A DNA stretch of 49,050 nucleotides, counting the filler, from Streblomastix strix (lineage: Eukaryota), in the NCBI GenBank assembly GCA_008636045.1. It is 3 parts of 3 records of this genome, joined end to end, with 100 filler letters (N's around TTAATTAATTAA, not from the genome) between each part and the next. Parts side by side here need not be neighbours in the genome. Positions count along the whole stretch, not along the records: positions 32,772 to 49,050 come from SNRW01000849.1; 2 more parts are not named here. The stretch is one strand, 5' to 3'. The position numbers and the translations under genes were made by a program. Of the stretch, positions 40,621-49,050 are shown piece by piece (position 1 is the stretch's first letter; every line of letters begins with the position of its first letter). Under the pieces are notes generated by a model. It saw nothing but the letters and a program-made list of their open reading frames with translations. It did no database searches and was not told the DNA's origin.

Positions 40621-42249
40621 AGCTTTTTCTTTTTTTAGTATTGAACATTAATAATTATAAATATGTCTAAAACAATTGTTACATTAATTATGTTACAAAT
40701 ATAACATTTATTATTCTTAATATTTTCAATTTAGTATGAAATTCATCCTTTTCATTTGAATGATTGAATTAATTCCATAGCGTAGTCCATAAACATCAGA
40801 TCATAATTTATCTCTGAAGAAAAGTGATCTTACTAAAAAAAAATAAATAGGAAATTTTTGATGAATTAGGCTTGTTGAGATATTTTAAATGAAGTTCACT
40901 TAAAAGATGAAGATATTATCTATAATTAATTTATTGATATTCATCGGTTCATTTTTATTTCCTTCTCTCTTTTTCTTCTTACATTTATAGTAGCTCATCA
41001 TTCTATGTGACAATTTTCAACTTTGATGAAGAAAATGGTGATCCTTCAGGTAGTTCTGAATCTTATAGTTCTTTTAATTGAGCCGGTTTGATTTTTCTTT
41101 TTTTTTAGTAATTACATAATTTTCATTAATAATGTTATTTACTTATATTTCTTTAATGATTTTAATATAAAATGTATATAATATATAAATACATTTTCTG
41201 CATCTACAAAACTGTGTTGAGTACGATCTTTCTATCGTGTTCAAATTTATATCTATTCTTTTTTCATCTGATAACTTATTATATGGAATGATTGATGTGT
41301 CTTTTGGAAGTTTATCAACTGTTTTCTTGGAATAGTAGTACAAATCATATAATTAATCATACCTTTAATAAACAAACTACTTATATAAGAAGACAAAAAA
41401 TGTATCTCTTAATAGCTGTACTCTTAATTGTATTGGTAGCTCGCAAAGAAATGCAAGAAGATTACAGTTGATATTAAACAGATAATTCGAAAAAATATTA
41501 AATCAACCTTTTTGGAGTATGTATTTGGTTAAAAGAGATTTTTAATTCAATTTCATTTCAATGTTAAAAAAGAAAAATAATTAGAATAACTAGGGACAAA
41601 TAGCAAAAAACTTATTTTAAATGTTTTACGCATTATTCTGATGTTTCAATATAATTATATATATAATTTATACTTACATATAATTATAATAAATTCAAAA
41701 TTAAAGTCATTGCATTTTTTTTCAATTCTCAAAATATTAATATTTTTCATATATATTTCTTATGGAGAAATTTCAATAGGTTTTCTTAACTTTAAAAAAT
41801 ACTAATTTAAAATCAAGTTTCAATTTGAAATTTGAATAAATACAAAATATCATTTACTAGAATAATACTGCGTTTATCAAATATAAATTGTAAAAGATTT
41901 TTATTGAAATTATTAAAAAGTTATTAAAAAAACATGATTTGAAATTATGAAATGAAATGGAAAATAAATAATGATTCTTCTAAGTCAACTTTTTTATATA
42001 ATTAATATACACAGTATAATAAGAGAATGATATTTAAATAAAAAGGATGTAAACATGTAAATATATTAAAAGTTATAATTATTTAATATATTTGAAAAAT
42101 GTTAAAATTTATAGTCTTTATAATAAATTTTAATTTATTTATCCTCTTATAAAATCACATATATAATATATTATATATTTCAATTCATACCTACCTGTAT
42201 TAATATTGGGCGGATTAAGTTATTACTCAGTACTGTATAAGTTCACTAT

Positions 42250-43859
42250 TCAATTCTTCTTCCTCAATACAATTGGAACTAAATATAGAAATTGATTATT
42301 AATTATTATTAAATGAATTAGAATATAACAAACGTCTCGTTAAATTTAATGGCTCTCCTGCACAAGCAATTAGATTCGAGTAATCTTCAAATTCTTATAG
42401 TGAATTTATAGATTTCCCTTGAGGAGTTACCAATTTCCTACAACTTCCTAAAGTAATATAATCATATAGAGTAAGAATTATATTTTGATGGGTATTTGAG
42501 CATAATTTTATTAAACCTGTTACCAATTTACATTCATTAGAAACAAGTAAATAAAGTTTTTGCATAGTCGTCACAGATGCCTAAAGATGAAAAATGAAAG
42601 TAAAATATATAATAAATTAATTTAATCATCATTTTGAATACTTTTAATGTTATTCTTGTTCCTTTATCATAAATATCCCCATTACGAAATACAAAAATAA
42701 CTTTAGCTTTTTCAGTTTAAACTCCGAACATCTTCAAAGGTCTTTTTGGAGTTGGACTATTGGAAGAAGGTCTTTGTTATTCAATTGGAGATTATTCTTC
42801 TTCTTATTCTGGTTTTTCTTTCTTAATCTTCTTCCTCAATATAATTGGAACTAAATATAGAAATTGATTATTAATTAATATTAAATGAATTAGAATATAA
42901 CAAACGTCTCGTTAAATTTAATGGCTCTCCTGCACAAGCAATTAGATTCGAGTAATCTTCAAATTCTTGTAGTGAATTAATTATATCTCCTGTTGGAGTT
43001 ACCAATTTCCTACAACTGCCTGTAATGATATAAACATATAGAGTAGGAAATAAATCTACACATTATATTCAAATACCTGTAACCAATTAACACTCAGAAG
43101 TGACTAATTTATACAGTTTTTCCATTGATGTAACTGATGACTGTATAATTAAAGTATGAATATTATTCAATTACAATTTAATCATTCATTTTGAATACCT
43201 TCAATGTTATTCTTGCACCTTTATCATAAATATCTCCATTACGAAATACAAAGATCACTTTGGCCTTTTCAGTTTAAACTCCGAACATCTTCAAAGGTCT
43301 TTTTGGAGTTGAAAATATGGGCATATATTCAATCTCATCTTAATAGAACTCTGGGAATATCAAATCATCTGCATAATCTTATTTATCTTTTTATTGGAGA
43401 ACATACGGCACTTAAAAAAGTTAGGAATATAAATAATATAAAATTAAATAAATAACTGCAGACTCTTATTTAAATTAAGTTATTCTCCTCCAAGTGCAAA
43501 GTATCTATTTCCATCTATTAAATCTTGGATTTCAGATACTTATTCCCCATCAATTGTCAATAATCTTCTACAGGCACCGACCACCAATGGACACTTAAAG
43601 AAGAATAAAACTGCAAATGAAGATAAAGCACCCTTTTATCAAACCTCTTTGTTGATAACTTCATAAAGCTACTACATCTCACTAACCAAGAATAATTCTT
43701 TTCTTTAATTAATAAAATCTAGCATACTGAATATGTGGTTTAATAATTATTCTTGTACCTTTGTGATGTAAGTCACCGTTTCTGAAAGAATATCAATAAA
43801 ATAATAATAATAAATACTAATACAAACCTGAACACGACAATCTTAATAGGGTTTGTCAT
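42250..43859 (-). CDS. Protein with three tandem doublecortin (DCX) domains
   Basis: MTNPIKIVVFRNGDLHHKG...CRRLLTIDG...YFALGGE, then twice KVIFVFRNGDIYDKG...CRKLVTP...LIACAGEPL. Multiple short GT-AG introns. TGA at 42250-42252. Confidence 0.88.
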
Positions 43860-44461
43860 TCAAATCCAAATTTTTCTGATTAATATTTATAAAAAAGAAT
43901 CTAAGGTACAAATTAATATAATAATGTAATTTTAAATGTGCAATTTTCGCAAAATTTAGTTTGTTTGTGAATTATTTTTCTTATTCAATTTAAGTACTTA
44001 AGTATTAATAAAATTATCATAATATCTCTAAAATTTAAAATTATTTGTTTTAATTCAACATTATTGGATATATGTACTACTAAAATGATCTGTATACAAT
44101 TAAAAATTAATTTTATTGTTATTCATAAATTTCCTTGTTTTTTTAGTATTTTCTAGAGTTTAAATCCAAAAAAATTAAAAGGAATTCGGTCTAGTACTAT
44201 TCAAATTTTATAATACAATAAAAAAAACAATCTCAATTCAGATAATTTCTCTTTGAAAAATCTAGTTTATACAGGTAATGAAATAAGAGTAATAATGATA
44301 ATTAAATAAAAAAAAGTATAGAAATATTATTTGAATAATGATGAAAAAGGATAATGAATAATATGAAACAAATATAATAAAGCTACACAAGAGAAAAATA
44401 AACAGGTAGTAGAATATCTATGTTTTGATCATAATTGATGAATGAATCATGATACTTATTT

Positions 44462-44979
44462 TCAGTCACTTAATTCTAAATCTTCTAACTTTCTATTCTT
44501 TGATGGTTTAGACCCATTTTCTTTGAATTTCTCATTATTAAACCTTATGTTGGATATTTCTTCAATACATCCATCTGGATACTGCTTCATCTTAGCATCT
44601 CGAATGAGAAGAAGGCGAATTGCTATTCCTGTGATCATTATTCCCATTGCCAAGGCACACCCACCAAGATCTGATACCACATCCCACCAGCTGAATCCCT
44701 ATTGATGAGAAAGAAGTTGAAAAATAATATGAAAGAGAGAAATACCTATTTTAGCATTATATCAACGATTTCTTTCAATATTCCTACAAGAAAAGAGAGG
44801 CCGACTGATATTAGACATATTATTAGCACGTTTGAAGTTTTTTTGGAGTATCTCTATAAGGACACCACCAAAACAAATGCAACAGCTATAAATAAATATA
44901 TAAACAAAATAAATATATATAATAACAATATACCCAAAGCAATTGAACACTCGATACTCACATGAACCATAACATCCAT
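44462..44979 (-). CDS. Small membrane protein, YfiM/DUF2279-VanZ-like
   Basis: With introns 44886-44933 and 44699-44745 the product is MDVMVHVSIECSIALAVAFVLVV...VGLSFLVGILKEIVDIMLKQGFSWWDVVSDLGGCALA. The start codon is tentative. Confidence 0.7.
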
Positions 44980-45723
44980 TGGATTTACTGGATTCACTTT
45001 TTGAATGCAAAAACTAACAAAAATAGTATTATATGTGATAAAATATTTGTAGTAAAAAATTGTACATATAATCGAATTGAGAGATGATAAATAATCTAGA
45101 GAAATATGTAAAATTTGATAGAAAATAGATTTTATCCAATGAAAGAATGATTAATGAGCTAAATCAATTATATAAGACTATCAAAAATTTGTTTGCAACA
45201 GTAATTGGAATTTCAAGTTTTTCAAGCACGTAAAGAATATAAATTGTTAAATAAATGATAATTTATTGAGTTATAAATGATAATTTAGAAAAAATAGTAT
45301 AGGTTGTGGATAAATTTTGGAATTTAATCTGAAAAACATAAAATTGATCAAAAGAAGTTTATAAAAATGTTTGTTATAGTTTTAATTTATATTAATACAA
45401 ATTTTATATTTGTTGGAGTTATATTTAAATTGTTTCATAATCTTCTTCATATAAAAAGTTAAGTTTTAATAATTATTTTTTATAATCTGCATTAAGAGCT
45501 AAATCTGAGTTAGATATTGAAGCACATTATATAAATAGATATAAAATACTAAATTAATGTAAACAATTATGTTTAACAAGAGAAAATTGGTTTAATTACA
45601 GTTCTAGATTTCCGAGGTAAATTGAGAAAATTGTCTCCCATGTATAATAATTAGAATAAATATTTATGATTATAATAAAATTTAAAATAAAATTATATTA
45701 TTGTTTTGTTTATTAAAACTCAT

Positions 45724-48700
45724 TCATTAAGCACCTAACTCTGCAAGATGTGTGCGGCAACCAACAAGCATAAATTTCACTTCACTCAATGTAAAAATCC
45801 CTCGTTATGATACTAAAGGCCCTTGACCAACAGTCTTCCAAAATCCTGATGCACCACTTGTTGTACCACTATCCCAACTTCCTTATTTGTTATAATCTGA
45901 ATTAATCTCTATTTAATCTTCACTTTCTTTCCTAATATTTTGTATTTCATATAATTCAATGTTATCTTTTTCTTTGTCTTCGTTAATTATTAATTGTCTT
46001 TTCTTCTTTTATTTATTACCAATTCCATAACGAGTAAATATATTAGGAGATGATTAAGGAGATGAAGGATAATAATCTAATGGAGGAGTAATAGTGCATT
46101 ATCCATTTGAATCCCTTTCTTTTCTTCTTTACTATTATATTATCTGATTAATTCCACTATCTTCACTTTATTATTCATTTTATTCTTATTCTTATTCATT
46201 TCTTCCCAATAAAATAGGATTGTTAGAATAGAATATACCTTCTATATATGGACATAATATAGGATTTATTATAAATGGGTTATTATCTATGATTAATTAT
46301 TAACTATATTATTATGGAGAGAATTTATCTCTTATATCTTTTATTTTCATCTTCTACTACATCTAATTAACTTTCTGTTCATAAATATGACTTTCTAAAC
46401 AAACAATCAGTTGAGATAAATATAACGAGACTGCAAATAACTATTCTTATTTAGTAAGTATGCGAATATATGATTATTAAGATTATTACAAAGATTATTA
46501 ATTGGATTCATTGATTGGATTTTATCCTTATTCATTCTATTATCCAATATTATCTTCCTTATTCTCATCATATTCATTATCATTAATATTTTTATTATTA
46601 ACAATTATTTTCAATTTCACTTCAGTTTTCCAAAGTTTCATAGCAACTTCCATACAAACTGTTGCAGCAGATATAAATTTCTTTTATTTTATTAAGAATT
46701 GAATTAAAAGATCATAATGAGGATGATATAATGAATTAAATACAGACTGAAACTAATATTAAGATTATTATTAAGAAGACTATTATTAATATTAAGATTA
46801 TTATTAAGATTATTATTATTAAGATAATAAAGTATCAGGAATAGGTTAATTAATATATGAAGAAGGAGGAGTGAAAGAAGACTAATGATTGGAAGATGGG
46901 GTTTAAATAAACGAAGGTTATTATAATTTAGATTATTTTGGAGTTTAGATCTATTATTAAGGTTAAATATAAGACTATTAAGAAGGTTATATTTATGAAT
47001 ATTATTACTAATTAATTGGCATTTTGTAACTTTGAGTATATAATACAATTCCAGCTTTCTTTTCTCTTTCATTCACTTAATGTTCATTATTTGCTTCAGA
47101 TTCTTATTCTATCTAATTTCCTGATATTCCAATATATTCTTATTCTCTTGCCCTTCTTAACAAAATCTGTGATAAATACAACGACATTTCCTAATCTTTT
47201 ATCAATTATTATAAATATGTAAGTGGGCTTAGCATATTTTAGTTAATATTATTAATGTTTATTTTGAGAATTGAATTACTTATTTATTGAATACTTTAAT
47301 TCATTTTTGTTTATAAATCTTTGTTCTCTTCATCTTAATCAATTTATATTTATTCTTACTCGTTTTCATTGTAATCAAATTTATAATAAATTTTTAATAC
47401 AGAATCAATAATCTTTTCAAGACATTCTTACAGTACAGATCTTATATCATACTTATTATTATCTATTTTATTTTATTTTTCATCTTCTTATTTCATTAAT
47501 AACAGAGTATGTATAGATTATTAGTACTTATTCAGTTTCAATGAAAGATTGAATTGGATGAACAGAAGAGTAAGTAAAGGAGATGGATGATATAATTATT
47601 GAGTTACTGAATCTATTTATAATCCTCCTTATTTATTATTTGCATTATTTTGTATATTATACAAATAATTTGTGAAATGAGTGATGAATTGATGCGCTTC
47701 TTTAATTCTTCCTTCATTCTCAAATAGAATGCAGATCTGATTATTGAATATTACATATTTTATATTATAAATAATAATAATAATAATATAAATAATAATA
47801 ATATTAATAATAATAGTAGTAGTAGTAATAATAATAGTAATAACAATAATAATAATATTAATATTAATAACAATAATAATAATGATAATAATAATAATAA
47901 TAAAGTAATTTAAAACATTTTATTTCATTCTAATGATATTTATAAACCTATTCTATTACCCAAGAAACCAATTTCATTCTTTGTTATGCTGTTAATGGAG
48001 AGAAATTGGCAAAGTTATTCTATTTAATATCATTAAGATAATTGTTAGATTTATCAAATGAATTATTTTAGTTTAATGAGTCAACAATAATCATATAATT
48101 GACATTTGTATTATTTAATTAGTTATCTTCATTTGTATTATTTTATTACTATTATAATAATTATGGTATTCGATGTTTATTAGTATAATTATTAATGTTA
48201 TTATATTAATAATTTGAAGAAGAATGTTTCTATAGTGAAGATGAATATACATTCAATTAATCTATTTTATTTTGATGTCTAGTGAGAATATTTGCAATTA
48301 TAAACCAAATAATATCATGATTATAATTATGCATAAAATTATGATTGTTGAATTCATTTTATTATTCATCTTCATTATTATTAAATTATCTATCTAATCC
48401 AAAGAATTAAATAATTTATGAAATAGAACTAATGAAATATAACAAGGCTTATTAAGTATTTATATTTACTTACTGATTTAATAATTCATCTCTTTCCATT
48501 ACTTTTCCTAAACTTTCTTAATTATTAATTAATTCTTCATCATCATCTTCATCTTTTTCAATTCTTATTCTTCTTCCTTATTCTCCTATTCTTATATCAT
48601 CATTATATATATTTATATTATTTCTCTATTAATTAATATTGATATTAGATACATCTATCTTTATTTTAACTTTCTTTGCTTTCTTCATTTTCTTTAATGC

Positions 48701-49050
48701 ATAAGTAAAATAATCAATAATTATATTTTTCTATTTTTATTCATCAATTGATTTTTATATATTATGATTATCATAATCAGTCATGTTATTTATATCATTA
48801 TCATTTGAATCATTTTAATTATTATCTTTATTTTGTACTATTTGTTCTTCTTCTTCATCCTCAATATTTCTTCCTAATTTATATAGTATTATTATTTTGA
48901 TAAGATTAAACAGTTTGTGTAATGTATTTAGTATAAATTATTTATGGGATTATATTAAAGATAAATATTAAGATTAGAATTATTATTGGAATAATTATTC
49001 TTCATTATTAATTATTGATATCCTTTTTTATTTATCTTTCTTTATATATT
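45724..49050 (-). CDS. Nup160/Nup120-like nucleoporin, C-terminal region, 5'-partial
   Basis: Collinear blocks ICILFENEGRIKEAHQF, LFIQFNLSLKLNKYQQSIHTL, ECLEKII, ILLRRARE, FISAATVCMEVAMKL, YLSQLIVCL and IFTLSEVKFMLVGCRTHLAEL. Intron at 47737-47947. The 3' end is tentative. Confidence 0.6.
47768..47902. repeat. Imperfect (AAT)n microsatellite inside an intron
   Basis: AAT/AGT/AAC triplet run within the minus-strand GT-AG intron 47737-47947. Confidence 0.85.

Noticed and set aside
45130..45641. Extra ORF or exon between the Nup160-like and YfiM-like genes
   Set aside because: No recognisable motif or convincing splice sites. Open frames arise easily when TGA is the only stop.
47768..47902. 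Plus-strand poly-Asn protein
   Set aside because: The tract lies in a minus-strand GT-AG intron whose removal joins SWVIEQ to ICILFENE in frame.

Overview
This is very AT-rich eukaryotic (protist) genomic DNA, not prokaryotic. Three contigs (1-16291, 16392-32671, 32772-49050) are joined by artificial 100-nt N44-TTAATTAATTAA-N44 linkers. Genes have short spliceosomal introns and use a non-canonical code (TAA/TAG = Gln, TGA = stop, table 6), so the supplied ORF track is mostly misleading. The code, intron richness and an arginine deiminase suggest an oxymonad such as Streblomastix (inference). Contig 1 holds a hairpin beside a 30/90-bp satellite, an SH3 plus helical-domain gene, a CDKL5-like kinase, and decayed arginine deiminase and CFAP52-like genes. 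Contig 2 holds a giant intronless WDR7-like ORF, an orphan gene, a Ser/Thr kinase and a secreted Pro/Glu-repeat protein. Contig 3 holds a cluster of decayed DNA transposons, a triple-doublecortin gene, a YfiM/VanZ-like membrane protein and a Nup160-like gene. The most notable signal is pogo-type DDE transposases that continue into a C-terminal OTU deubiquitinase-like domain, seen in at least two divergent copies. All protein-family calls come from manual translation and motif recognition; no searches were run.
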